Shown: piece after piece, positions 14,206 to 27,502 of the stretch
How positions within the stretch are numbered: the stretch's first letter is position 1
How the letters are laid out: each line of letters starts with the position of its first letter
NCBI RefSeq assembly: GCF_009914755.1
Contig: NC_060932.1
Strand: one strand, 5' to 3'
DNA from: the human T2T-CHM13v2.0 reference genome, Homo sapiens
Length of the DNA stretch: 64,000 nt
The notes under the pieces: generated by a model
The model's database searches: none
What the model was told of the DNA's origin: nothing
What the model saw: only the letters and a program-made list of their open reading frames with translations
Position numbers and translations under genes: made by a program

Positions 14206-14375
14206 TGTCTTAGTTCATTTTGTGCTGCTATAACAGAATACCACAGACTGAGTACTTCAGAAAGAATAGAGACTGATTTCTTACAGTTCTGGAGGCCGGG
14301 AAGTCCGAGGTCAGGGGGCTGCATCTGGCGGCGGCCTTCTTGTTGCGTCATCCCCATGGCAGAAGGCATCACTCA
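14206..14375 (-). mobile_element. MaLR LTR fragment (MST/MLT1A-like)
   Basis: tgtcttagttcattttgtgctgctataacagaataccacagactg...ttcttacagttctggaggccgggaagtccgaggtcagg. Confidence 0.85.
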
Positions 14376-14414
14376 CTTAGGTAGAATGAGCAAGAGACTG
14401 TACTTGCCTCACGT

Positions 14415-14700
14415 GTGCCTGGGCTCACGGTGCCTGCGCTCACGGGTGCCTGCCCTCACGGTGCCTGCGTTCACGGGTGCCTGCCCTCACGGGTGCCTGC
14501 CCTCACGGTGCCTGCGCTCACGGGTGCCTGCGCTCACGGTGCCTGGGCTCACGGTGCCTGCGCTCACGGGTGCCTGCGCTCACGGTGCCTGCGCTCACGG
14601 GTGCCTGCGCTCACGGTGCCTGGGCTCACGGTGCCTGCGCTCACGGGTGCCTGCCCTCACGAGCCTGCGCTCACGGGTGCCTGTGCTTACAGGTGCGCAC
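14415..14700. repeat. CpG-rich minisatellite, 15/16-bp unit gtgcctgcgctcacg(g), ~18 copies
   Basis: Direct inspection. Confidence 0.97.
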
Positions 14701-17542
14701 CACCCCCCACACCCTCTAGGTGGCTTCTCAGCTTTTAATCTCAGAGGGTGATGCCTGCTGGCACCCGCCTTGTTCTGCTCTGTGGGCCTGGCCAGTCTGA
14801 AAGCAGGGGAGGCCTCAGGCCCAGCCGACAGCCCAGCCTCTCTGCTTTCACACGAAGGGAAAACATATTAACAAAGACACACACACTCACTTTTCCATCC
14901 TGTAAATCAATTAATTCCTACAACTGAGTGAACTGTGAGGAAGCAAGCATTCAATAACTCTGCCTAAATATTCCATCTAGGCCCCTCCACGGCTCATTAG
15001 ATGACACAAGGTGCGATAATTACCGGGAAAAACGCTTTCCTGTCCCACCTCATTTCCTCTCCTCGGCCTTCAGCTTCGCTCAAGGCAAAAGAGAAGTTCG
15101 TGTGGTCCCGTGGCCAAGTGTGGCATAGCATGCGTGCATGTGCAAGCCCACACGTGTGTGCGTGTGTGCCTGCAGGTGGCATCATCTGGGCTGGGGGTCC
15201 CGTTTTCATGCTCATGGAGGGCCTTCTAAAACTTGGGGAGTGAAGGCCCACAAGGCCCCTACCCCACAGAAGCATGATGGGTGCTTAAGAAAGCCTGTTT
15301 TTTTCCCCAGGGGGTGGGCAGACAGCGGCACCCGTCCACAGGAGAGGAAGCTGGGTCTCAGAGCTCCCACCGTGGAGGGTGGGCTGCCCTCGTCCCACCT
15401 GGTGAGTCCCTGGTGCCTCTATTGCAGACACAGGAGGTTGGGGTCTGGGGCAGACGGCTGAGCGCTCCCACACGTCCCCGGGCGTGAGTTTACTTCCCTG
15501 TGAAAAGGCTTCATGTTGGTGTCTCTATCCCAGAGTTGTCAAGGGTGACATGAGAGCAGTGGAGGCGCCCGCCTGTTGCAGGGCCCAGCATCGAGGGCTG
15601 CCGCTGTCCGCATCATTGTTGTGGATGATGCTGTTACCGTTGCCATCATCATTTTCACGGTTAGAGAATCCAGAAGGGCTGCTCCCGCGCACGCCAGCCT
15701 TCTCTGCAACACTGCTGCCGAGAATTATAGGCACGATTTCCTACCATGCCCTTACCCATCCCAGGGACTTTGTGAGCTGCCATCCACACTCATGCCAGCA
15801 GATCCTACCACAAGTCCTAGGCTCCTAGGTCCAGTGTCCCAGTGCCTGAGACACAGTAGGTTTTCAAAAGAGAACATGAAATAAAGACAGGAGCTGAGAA
15901 CAATTGGTGTTCCAATTACCAGGTGGAAACAGAGGCTTGGGACACCCAGGTAACTACAGGATTGCCAGTACACGAAGTGCCCAAGCTGAGATTTGGCCTG
16001 GGGCTGCTCCACAGGGCTTGTATAATCCCACCCGTTTGCTGGGGCCTCTCCTTCCTCTCCAGGGGGAACCCTTGGGGGGTTTAGAGCCTCTCCCACGCCC
16101 TGGGGTACTAGGAGGCAGCTGCCTTGCTGACAGGGGAGGCTGGTCCTTTCAAAGACTCCCCTGGGGCCAGTGGCCAGGAGCCCCTCCTCACTAGACCCAT
16201 TGCAAGCAGGTGCCAGCTGGGGCTGGACATAAGTGCCTTGAGAGCACCTCGAAGCGCTGTATGGCATTAGAATCTGCAGAGTAGGGGAGCTAGGTGGGTG
16301 AAGGGTGGGGTCTCCAACAACCCATCCAGAGGTTGTATTATGGGGTTGCAGGCACACAGAGACTCCAGGGGCGACCCAGAAAGGGACTTCCAAAGGGGTT
16401 GCCTCTTTGGGGAGGAGGAGGACAGGGTCACCCAGGAGCAGGTGCAGGCCCCCTATGTGTAGGGCAGCTCCTCTCTGGGATGTTAGGGGAAGGTTTCTCT
16501 CACTCAGGAGGCTCTATTCAAATGCCCTGTAGGGCTCCTTGCCCCTGAGGCTGCCCGGCCACCCCTGAGGAGGGGTTTGGGTGGGTGGGGGGGCGTTTGG
16601 GCAAGGCAGTACCCCTCCTGCCCGAACCATGGTGCTTCCATTTCCCCTCAACAGATCAGAGTGGCTTTTGGCTGTAGGTCTCTTCTCCAAAATAAGGAAA
16701 AAGGAAAGCCAATAGCAAGGCTTAGAAGATTCTGGACTAAGAGACAGGAGACTCAGCTCCGTCACCAGCTTGCAGTGAGGCCAGGCAACAAGACTCCTCC
16801 CTTCAGCACCACCAACCCAGGAGCCAGGGATGCTGATAGGAAAGACGGCACTGTCTGCTGGGAGCTGATGCCTCCTGGGAGAGGACAGCCCACAGCTGGT
16901 GGCAGCTGGAGGAAGGTGCCCGCTGGTGGTGTCTTCTGAAAGGAAGAGCGATGACGCCCAAGCTGCCTCCCTCCCAGCACTAGGAGGACCACAGGAGGCC
17001 ACTGATAAGAAGAGGCGCTTGGAGAAGAATAAAGGAGTATCAAATGCAAGGCTACTATTGCTAACGCAGACAACAGTAAGCATAATCACACCTTTCATGT
17101 GGGGCAGGGTGGGGAGGTGGGGATGGGAATTTCAGGGACCTTTCCAGTTTGAAGAGGTAGTGGAATCTCCCAGGTAGAATCCTGCGGATTCTCAGGTCCC
17201 TGAGCCCCTTCTTTAATGTCCGTCTCTTGTCGTCCGTTGTTAGACAGCCCGACGGCAGGGACCCCCCTCCTTACACAGCCTGAAGTCAGCTCCCAGGGGT
17301 GACACCATTGTCACTAGTTCTCTTTTCTGAGTATTCCTTGGACATAATTCTGGGGCCCTGAGTCTTGGTGGCCCCAAGGTATCACACCCTCACGGATGGA
17401 GCTGAGGCATCCCTAAGCTGGGCTGTGGGAGCTGATTTGAGGCACAGTAAGGAACCGGGTCCTTGAGTGTGAACATGAGAGGACACAAGGACTGTGGGAG
17501 AAGGAGCTGGAGAGACCCCAGGAGGGCAGAGCCATGTGGGGG

Positions 17543-17900
17543 TGTCCCGGATAGAACAGTGTCCCAAAGATTCATGTCCACCACCAACTTTAGAATGGAA
17601 TCTTATTTGGAAACGGGGTTTTTACATATGTAATTAGGTAAGATGAATCCATACTAGACCAAGGTGGGTCCTAAATCCAGTGGCTGGTGTCCTTATAAGA
17701 AGAGAAAACAGAGACACAGGGAAACGCTGCATGACAGCAAAGGCTGAGGTTGAGCCCAGGAAGGCCAAGGCTAGCTGGAGCTGGGGAGAGGACCAGGGTG
17801 GATCCTCCCTGGAGCCTGTGGAAGGAGGCAGCCTTGCCGATGCCCCACTGCACTTCTGGTCTCTGAAGCCAAGAGGCAACCCTCTGCCCCAACAGCCCTG
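17543..17900 (+). mobile_element. MLT1 (B/C-like) LTR
   Basis: gtgtcccaaagattcatgt...tcttatttggaaacggggtttttacatatgtaattag...ggtgggtcctaaatccagtggctggtgtccttataagaagag. Confidence 0.85.
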
Positions 17901-20900
17901 GGAGGCTGCTACGGGAGGATCAAGGATGGCTGGGGATTGGTCTCCCACTTGCCTCCTGTCAGGTGAAGGTTATGGGGACCTTTGAGGTGAGGGAGTGATT
18001 TGAGGTCAAGAGGAAACTTCCTGGCCACTGAAATCTGACCCCGCCAAGGTTGGCAGCATGCACTCGCTCCTGAGGTGTTTGGAGTGTCTGCACAGTGGGA
18101 GCCCATAGAATAAAGCTGAATGGGGAAGAATGAATGAGGGGAGCCTGTGCTGGATGCCCTCCAGGCAGGTGGAGTGGGGAGGTGATCACCTGGTGCAGGT
18201 GCTGGTCAGAGTCCAGTAGAGCAAGCGGAAGGTGGCATCTGAGGGAGCAGGGCTGCAGGTCTGGGAATTAGGTAGAGCAAACCCTGATGGGAGACCACGG
18301 AGCAGGGAGGGCAGAATGTCCCTCGGGTGGTGCCACCTTCTAGGACTGGGAGGAGGGCTGCAGCCCTCGGCCAGGGAAGGCAGGGGAGTCCCGCACACTC
18401 GGAGCCTGCCTTGGGGAGAGGCCAGGCTCACTGAGGACCTGGGCCCAGGCTCCAAGTGCTCTTGGCTGAGAGGAGGAAGATGAAGCATAGTGGGGCTGTC
18501 CTGGCCCCACAGGGGTGTCAAGAGGGGTGGGGCTCCCAGAGGCACCAGGACCCCAGAGGAAGGCAGCATGGCACAGCACCCAGCCAGGGAGCCACAGACC
18601 CAGCCACCCCAGGCTCTAAGGACTTCTGCCAATGGACACGGGCTTGCTGTTTAACCCCTAGAGCTGCAGAGCTGGCCACTCAAGTCTCTGGGAACTTCTG
18701 CAGATGACATGTGCCTGCTGTTTAACCCCCAAGCCTGGCTTCCTCGTTTGCACAGTGAGAATTGTCGTAGCCCCCTCCCTGTGCTATCCTAAGCATAAGT
18801 GGGACAGCCTTCATGGCCTGCCTCGCAAGGCACTGGCCCCCGGCAGGGACTGGATATGGAATCATGGTGGCCGTCTGCTGCCTGTCTGCAGGGATGGTGA
18901 CAAGAGCTCAACAGGAATAAGGTCCTGATGCAGATGGGAGTCAGAGATGGGTGACTGGGCAAGTGGACAGAAGCCCCGGTGTGGGGACGACACATGTGCT
19001 GGTCAAAGGTGACAGCCAAGATCAGCTGAAGGGTATGGACAGCATGGAGCTGGTGATCAGATGGACCCAACAGCTCTATTGATAGCCTCGCCCAGGCCTG
19101 CTCAAGAACAGCACAGCAGGGAGGGTGGCCTCGGTTCCCCATCCGTCACTCAGGGCCTCCCCATGGCCAGGGCTAGAGTCTGGAAGGCTCCAGGGCAGGC
19201 TGCCTTCTGGAAGCACCTCCCTTCCCCGGGTCCTCTCCTCCGTCTGTCTCTCTGCCTTCAGCATGGTCCCCCTGGGCTGCCAGCTGGAGCTGGTAATTAG
19301 CAGTTGTCTTCCTTGGGCAGACAGTAATCTCAGTCACGTCTCAAGAAGCTCCTGTGTCTCTTTTTCATTAACCACCCATTTCCTAAGTCAAAATACCAGC
19401 CAACAGCAAGACAGGAATGCTGAAGGGCAGCCTGGGGCCCTGGGCACTTAGAGCTGGAAGGCACTTTGAGATGCCATCTGATCTACCCACCTCCTTAAGC
19501 TCGGCTTCATGTCTACAGAAGTGAGTCTCAGATGGAAAAGGACATTAGCGGGCATTCAGGGCAGTCTCTGGCCAGTTCTTGAGTTCTCTGGACCCCACTG
19601 AGTCTGGATTGAACATTCCCAGGGTTTGGGGAGCTCACTTCCTTGCAAAGCAGCCATTTCACCGTGAAACACCTCTGACTCCCAGAGGCCGCTTCTTCAC
19701 AGTGAGCAGGTCCATCTCCTGGGAACCTCACCCTCCAGTCCCATTTCTGGCTTCAGTGACGACCAAAAGCATACTTGCTCCATGATCCCACAAAGCCCTC
19801 TCAGACATGTGAATACTGCTTTGGAAATGAATATTCTGGAGTGTCTTCTCCGCCAGTGATGAACGTATCTGTTCACATCTGAATAGCTCAGAAACCAGGA
19901 AAAAGCTCACAATTAATGCTGCCTTACTGTATAACTGGCAGGTTTGTTTCTTTTTAGGAATACCTAAAATAACAGTGCATCGTAAAATCTGCAGCATCTC
20001 AGAGTCAATGAACACAGCCCATATGTTTTGTTGATCTCTGCTCTGTCACTCACAGCCGCACACAGCCCGATAGGGAAAGGCATGCTCCCTGCAGTCAGAA
20101 AGGCCGAAGACACACCCAGAGTCACACAGCTAGGAAGCCACAGACACAGGATTTCAGCTCCATCCAGCCTATCTGGCTGCAAAGCGTGTGCTTCCCACAC
20201 AGCTGAGAGCCACGCACTGTCTGGCCAGGCTGTCCCTGGTTGACATAAGCACACCCCTCCACCCTCTGCCCCACGCAGCAGCCAAGTATCCTGCGTCCCA
20301 GCTGCTCCCTCAGTGTTCAGCCCTTGTGTACCCTGGGGTGGGGGCCACTCTGGCAGCAGGCTCTGCCCTCAGCAGAGGCAAGGAAAGGCCGGGTCTAGGG
20401 CAAGAAGACATGCATTTAGGCTCGCAGTGCTCTGGGTAGCCCCAATTTGTCCCTGCCAGCCACTTCTTAGTGTATTCTATTGCAGACACCCATTCCCCCT
20501 AGGCTGAGCCATCTCCGGCTGCAGCCCTGCTTGGTCATCATGACGCCCTCGCCTGGACTTGCAGAGCTGAAGGCAGTGGCCCAGAACACTGGTAACTCTC
20601 TCAAAGCCCTTTTGGGATCATGTTTCCCCTTTCATCTCACAGCACCCTTCTGAGGAGGCCCTTGGGGGCAGGATGCCCTTCTTATTTGACCCAAGAGGGA
20701 GCTACACACAGAGAGGCTGAGGATGCAAGGAGGCCCATGCAGAGACCTCGGGAGCAGCGCAGTAACCGCTCCCTAACACTGCCCTTAGCCCTGGGCCCTC
20801 GGTCCTCTCAGCCATCTGCATGTCTGCCAAGACAGGTGGGCCTCAAGCCTCCTGCCCCCTCCTCCAGGGCTGTGGCAAGGACCACATGGCAGAGCATCTG

Positions 20901-23059
20901 TAGCACATGGGAGGATGGCGTCACTAGCCTCTCCTTGCTGATGAGGACCAGAAATGTGGAGAACCTGTGACTCACCCAAGGTCACAGCTCAAGGCCGAGC
21001 CGAAACACTTCTTCAGCCTGCAGATGCTGAATGAGCGGGTGATGCGCCCACTTGAGGGTGCTGTGTCCCGCCACGCACCTGGGCTCATTCTTTACCTGGC
21101 ACCAGGCTCCTCCTGGAGGAACAGCTCGGGGTGAGCTCAGATGCCATGGCATGTGCACCGCACCCAACGTGCACCTCGTGTGATGAAAAGCAGAATCCCA
21201 CAGCCTTGACCCCGACACTAGGAGAACCACTGGAACATTCCCAGCCAGTGCCTGCTCTCACTCCAGGGACTGAGGGAAGGATGCAGGTCTTGGTCCTCCC
21301 ACTGCCTGTGCCTGGCTTGGGAGCCAAGCGGCACACAACTTACCCCCCGAGGCTGTGGTTATGGTTTCAGCTGTGCTGTGAGTGCAGCAGCAGGAGCCAC
21401 GTGGAGGCAGCCTCCACCCAGGATGTCGGCCCCACAGCACCTCACAGCCCCTGAGTCCCTGCCTGGGAGTAGGGCCCACAGAGCCCTCAGAGAAGGCTTC
21501 AGGGGTACCTGACCTGGCTTTCACCCCTTGCACTGTGTGCCCTCCTAGTCCACACCTCTCAAGGGCAATGACAGAGGCTGGTTGGTTCTGTGCTGATCCA
21601 GCTGTTCCTTTCTCTTGTGGTCTGTGGCTCTGCCCACACTTGGTTTGCGTGGACATGGAGCCCATTCATCTGGTGGCTTGGTGTCATCCGGAGGCTCTCA
21701 TGGCTCTGCTTCGTCTCCTGGTAGGGTGGGCCATAGACAGATAGAAATGTGACCCCCTTAGGACACTGGGTCTGGGCACAGGGAATGCCCCGAGACCTGG
21801 CTACAGGCACTAAGCAGAGATACAGCAGCGGCGCTTCTCTCGGTGGCCTCTTAAGAGGGACAGGTGTTTCTTCCACGATCCTGAGGCCCACCACTTTCTA
21901 GAAGTGATGGCAGGATTATGCTGCCACTATAGGACACTGGCTTCAGGCAGGAAGCCATGGCCACCCTTCCCATGAGGTCTCGTTGGGGAGCATGCCTGCC
22001 ATGGGGCTGGGAAAGCAGACAGGTGCCTCCTCCGAGGAAGGGGCCTTGGGTAAGCTGAGCTGGAACATGGTGCTGGCTGGAGGTGGTCAGGCCCCTCCTC
22101 TCTCCCAGAGTCCAGGTCAGAGTGCTGAGCCATCATCACACTCTGGGCAGAAGGGGGCAGAGGGAAGTCCAGGAGAAGCAGAGAGCTCAGTGCGGGGCTG
22201 GAGGGAGCGTGTGCAGGAAAGACCTGGGGAGAAGATGCTGCCTCAGCTGAACTTGGAAGCATGGGCAGCCACTTATCAGGGCTGGAGGAAGGAGGGATTC
22301 CTGGAGGGGTGGCATCGGAAGCAGAGGTAACAGAACATGCAAAGGAGCCACAGAAATGAGGGATTGCAGCACCCATGGGACCCCATGCTGTCCAGGATAG
22401 CTGGGGTGTGGGCCTTATGGGGGCAGGGAGGATGCTGGCTTAGTAGGATAAAAGCAAGTAAAGGCAAAAGACCATATTTGAAAGTGAAGATGTTGGGCTT
22501 CCTCCTTGGGCCACGGGAAGCCAGGAGCTCCTGAGGCAGAGGTGTGATGTGTTCAGAGGAAGGAGGGTGACAGGAAGTGGCACTGGTGAGTTTGGGGGAG
22601 TCAGAGTAGATATCCAGAAAGAGAACTTGGGAGGCCAAGAGGGTGGGTGAGACACAGCACAGAGCCAGCCATGACACTGGATCTATAGAGGGGTCCTTCA
22701 CAGAGACTGTGCCTCTGGGAGAGGAGAAGACTTAGGGGGATCCATAACTCAGTTTGGACCCACTGACCTTTAACACCATTGTAATGCCCAAGAGAAGATG
22801 CTCCAAAGGCAATTGGCTATGGACTGGGACAGACACAGCTTAAAGGAGAGGCTAAAAATGCAGGTAAGAATCCTTAACAAACAGGTTAACTGAGTCTGTG
22901 GATAAGATGGTGCCAAAATGAGCAGATAGAGAGGTGAAGTGAAGAGAAGAGAGGAGTGGAGGAGGGGAGGGAGGGGAAGGGAGAAAGACTAAAGACAGAA
23001 GGGACACCAGAGGGATAGGCAAGTGGAGAGGATCCTGCAAAGATCAAGAAAAATTTTTA

Positions 23060-23330
23060 AAACTTGGAACTGGAAGAGGTATTGGAGGTTGGATTAGATT
23101 TTCATTCAACTTTTGTTTGTTTTTGTTTTGTTTTGTTTTACTGTACAAGAATGTCTTCAGCAACCTTCTGTTTATATAGCTTCTGCTTGAACACCTCCAG
23201 TGACATGGATCTCAGTACCTTTGAGCTAGCCCTAAGATTGAAGATGGACCTTGTGCTAGGCAGCTCTCCTATGTCGTGAGCAAGCCTATCTTACTATATT
23301 CTCACACTCTGGTGCTGAATCCATCCTGAG
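23060..23330. mobile_element. Probable CR1/L3 fragment
   Basis: ttctgcttgaacacctccagtgacatggatctcagtacct resembles the L3/CR1 3' motif tgcttgaacacctccagtgacggggagctcaccacct. Confidence 0.5.
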
Positions 23331-23379
23331 GGTCACAAGACTCAACTCTCTACTCTGGCAGGGATTGAATTCCCTCTTC

Positions 23380-25960
23380 ACATTGGCCAACCATAGTCTG
23401 CATTGATTGTCCATAGTCTACGTTGACCATCCATAGACCACACTGACCATCCATAGACCACATTGACTATCCATAGACCACACTGACCCTCCATAATCCA
23501 CACTGACCATCCATAGTCCACACTGACCCTCCATAGACCACACTGGCCATTCATAGTCCACACTGACCATCCATAGTCCACACTGACAATCCATAGACCA
23601 CACTGACCGCCCATAGTCCACACTGACCCTCCATAGGCCACACTGACCATCCATAGACCACACTGACCATCCATAGTCCACACTGATCATCCATAGTCCA
23701 CACTGACCCTCTTTAGATCACACTGGCCATCCATAGTCCACACTGACCATCCATAGACCACACTGGCCATCCATAGACCACACTGACCATCCATAGTCCA
23801 CACTGGCCATCCATAGACCACACTGACCATCCATAGTCCACAATGGCCATCCATAGACCACACTGACCACCCAGAGTCCACACTGACCATCCATAGACCA
23901 CACTGACCATCCATAGACCACATTGACCATCCATAGACCACACTGACCATCCATAGTCCACACTGGTCATCCATAGACCACACTGACCATCCATAGACCA
24001 CACTGGCCATCCATAGACCACACTGACCATCCATAGTCCACACTGGCCATCCATAGTCCACACTGGCCATCCATAGACCACACTGACCACCCAGAGTCCA
24101 CACTGACCATCCATAGACCACATTGACCATCCATAGACCACATTGACCATCCATAGACCACACTGACCATCCATACTCCACACTGATCACCCATAGTCCA
24201 CACTGACCCTCTGTAGATCACACTGACCATCCATAGATCACACTGACCATCCATAGACCACATCGACCCTCCATAGTCCACATCGACCATCCATAGTCCA
24301 CACTGACCATCCATAGTCCACACTGATCATCCGTAGTCCACACTGACCCTCTATAGATCACACTGGCCATCCATAGTCCACACTGACCATCCATAGACCA
24401 CACTGGCCATCCATAGACCACACTGACCATCCATAGTCCACACTGGCCATCCATAGACCACACTGACCACCCAGAGTCCACACCGACCATCCATAGACCA
24501 CACCGACCATCCATAGACCACATTGACCATCCATAGACCACATTCACATCCATAGACCACACTGACCATCCATAGTCCACACTGATCATCCATAGTCCAC
24601 ACTGACCCTCTTTAGATCACACTGGCCATCCATAGTCCACATTGACCCTCCATAGGCCACACTGACCATCCATAGACCACACTGACCATCCATAGTCCAC
24701 ATTGACCCTCCATAGGCCACACTGACCATCCATAGACCACACTGACCATCCATAGACCACATCGACCATCCATAGTCCACATCAACCATCCATAGTCCAC
24801 ATCGACCATCCATAGTCCACACTGACCATCCATAGTCCACACTGATCATCCGTAGTCCACACTGACCCTCCATAGATCACACTGGCCATCCATAGTCCAC
24901 ACTGACCCTCCATAGACCACACTGGCCATCCATAGACCACACTGGCCATCCATAGACCACACTGACCACCCATAGTCCACACTGACCATCCATAGTCCAC
25001 ACTGACCCTCCATAGACCACACTGACCATCCATAGACCATATTGACCCTCCATAGACCATATTGACCACCCATAGTCCACACTGACCATCCATAGTCCAT
25101 ATTGACCATCCATAGTCCACACTGACCGTCCATAGACCACATTGACCATGCATAGGCCACACTGACTGTCCATAGACCACACTGACCCTCCATAGGCCAA
25201 ACTGACCATCCATAGATGACATTGACCAACCATAGACCACATTGACCATCCATAGGCCATATTGAAGGTCCATAGTCCACACAGACCCTCCATAGGCCAC
25301 ACTGACCCTCCATAGTTCACACTGACCATCCATAGGCCACATTGACCATCCATAGATCACACTGACCCTCCATAGACTGCACTGACCATCCATATACCAC
25401 ACTGACCATCCATAGACCACATTGACCATTCATAGGTGACATTGACCATCCGTAGACCACATTGACCATCCATAGACCACACTGACCATCCATAGACCAC
25501 ATTGACCATTCATAGGTGACATTGACCATCCATAGACCATATTGACCATCCATAGACCACACTGACCATCCATAGTCCACACCGAACCCTCCATAGGCCA
25601 CACTGACCATCCATAGACTGCATTGGCCATCCATAGACCACACTGGCTATCTATAGTCCACACTGATTGTCCATAGACCACATTGATCATCCATAGTCCA
25701 CACTGACCATCCATAGTTCACACTGACCATCCATAGTCCACACTGACCATCCATAGTTCACACTGACCATCCATAGTCCACACTGATCATCCATAGTCCA
25801 CATTGATCATCCATAGTCCACATTGACCATCCATAGTCCACATTGACCATCCATAGTCCATAATGTTCATCCATAGACCACATTAACAATCCTTAGTTCA
25901 CACTGGCCATCTATAGTCCATATTGGCCATCCATAGTCCATACTGATCAACCATAGTTCA
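23380..25960. repeat. Large VNTR, 20-bp unit cactgaccatccatag(a/t)cca, ~129 copies
   Basis: 20-bp periodicity over ~2.58 kb; source of all WMVSVDYG-type ORFs. Confidence 0.99.
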
Positions 25961-27462
25961 AAGCCATTGTCTGTTGATTTCTTGTGAAAGGCCTAGCATC
26001 TTGGGTTGATCTCATAAATAATGTTCACCTGCAGGTCAGGAGTGTGGGAGGTCTAGTCCCCCAACCTGTGCTAATGTCCGGATTGTGGAGTGAGGCTGTT
26101 ACTTAACCTGCTGAGAACAGGCAGGCAGCATCTGTAGCCTTACGAGGCAGGGGTGTGTTTTAGGAGCTATCTGGGTCAGAAGTGGGTATAAAAGCTTAAG
26201 CAAGTCCAGGGTCTCACCTAATGTGTCCAAGATCTCACAACAAAGAAAAAGTGAGATTCAACCATGTTTAATACCAAAATTCCATGTTTTCACTATGCCA
26301 AGTATCTTTTTCAACATAGGGGTGAGCAGGCCAGAAAACCCTTCTTGGTTCCAACTCTGTGAATTGTATCTATCATGAGTAGAGAGGTAGACAGGTGCAC
26401 ACTGCAGCCCAGTGATGCACTGGGGCCACTATTTCATGAATCAACGACTCTGTCCTGGTTCAGGGAAGCCACTCCTATGTCCCTCAACAACCCCAGCTTG
26501 CCCGTCTCCTGGACTCATTTCCTGCTTGGCTTCCTGCATCATAGTGTATCCCCTGCTACCTCCCTTCATGCTGTGTTTACTGTGATCTTCTCAAAATACA
26601 AGACAAGCATGCTACCCCCACACCTACAGCCAGGGCTCCAGCATCAAGACCACCTCCTTGAGGGCTTCTGAGGCTGCCCTGCCCAGCCCTGGCTGCCTCC
26701 AGTGCAAGCCTCATCTTGCACTGCCTCCCTTCCCTGGACGCTGGCACCAAGGCCAGCCCACCCTCAACCGGACGCCTCCTTCTCTTGACCTGTAGCCATG
26801 GTGAGCAGCTACGGTTGGGCTGGGGTGGAGAAAGTCTAGAAGAAAATGGAGAGCTCCCTGTGGTTTGGCTGCCTCTGACCAGCCCCTCATCTTCCTCACC
26901 CCATCAATCACTCCAGGAAGCACAGCTCGGGGAGGATGATAAACGGAAAACCTGAATCCTCCTGAAAATGAGCTAATATCTCCTAGCCCATCGGGCCAAT
27001 CACTCTTTGTCAGGCAGGCTGTTAAGTGAGGCACTGAAGAAAGACTCCATCCACCGAGGAGTGGGGAAGGAGGTTTGGTGATGGAGTTGCTCCATGCGCA
27101 CTGTTCATCTTCACACTGAAATAAACAAGGGAGGGCCGGCTGCTCATGGTCTACTGCAAGGAGATAGGTCTTCCTGGACAGTGCCCTCCCAGGGGCTGGG
27201 CGGTGCTGATGCAGGCACCGAGAGAATGCCACATGCTCCTGTTGATGTGGTGGGACCCGGGGGTGGACGCACACCAGGCCTAGGCAGTGCCTCGCGAGGT
27301 GAGCCATGACATGGAGAATGCAGAACGTAGAACGCAGAAGTGTCTGCAGAGGATTTTGCATTAAGTACCAGGGAAGGGGTTGCAAGCCTCAGAGGGCCTC
27401 AGACCTGAGTCATGGGACTCTACCCATCCCTAACCCATAGGTTGGCTGGGTGCAAGGCAGGA

Positions 27463-27466
<4 letters not shown>

Positions 27467-27500
<34 letters not shown>
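27467..27500. repeat. (TG)n microsatellite
   Basis: Direct TG run. Confidence 0.95.

Positions 27501-27502
<2 letters not shown>

Noticed and set aside
15120-15172. Possible miRNA-like hairpin
   Set aside because: Pairing relies on low-complexity TG/CA alternation with many mismatches
23378-25714. Many W/M/V/G-rich minus-strand ORFs
   Set aside because: Translations of the 20-mer VNTR
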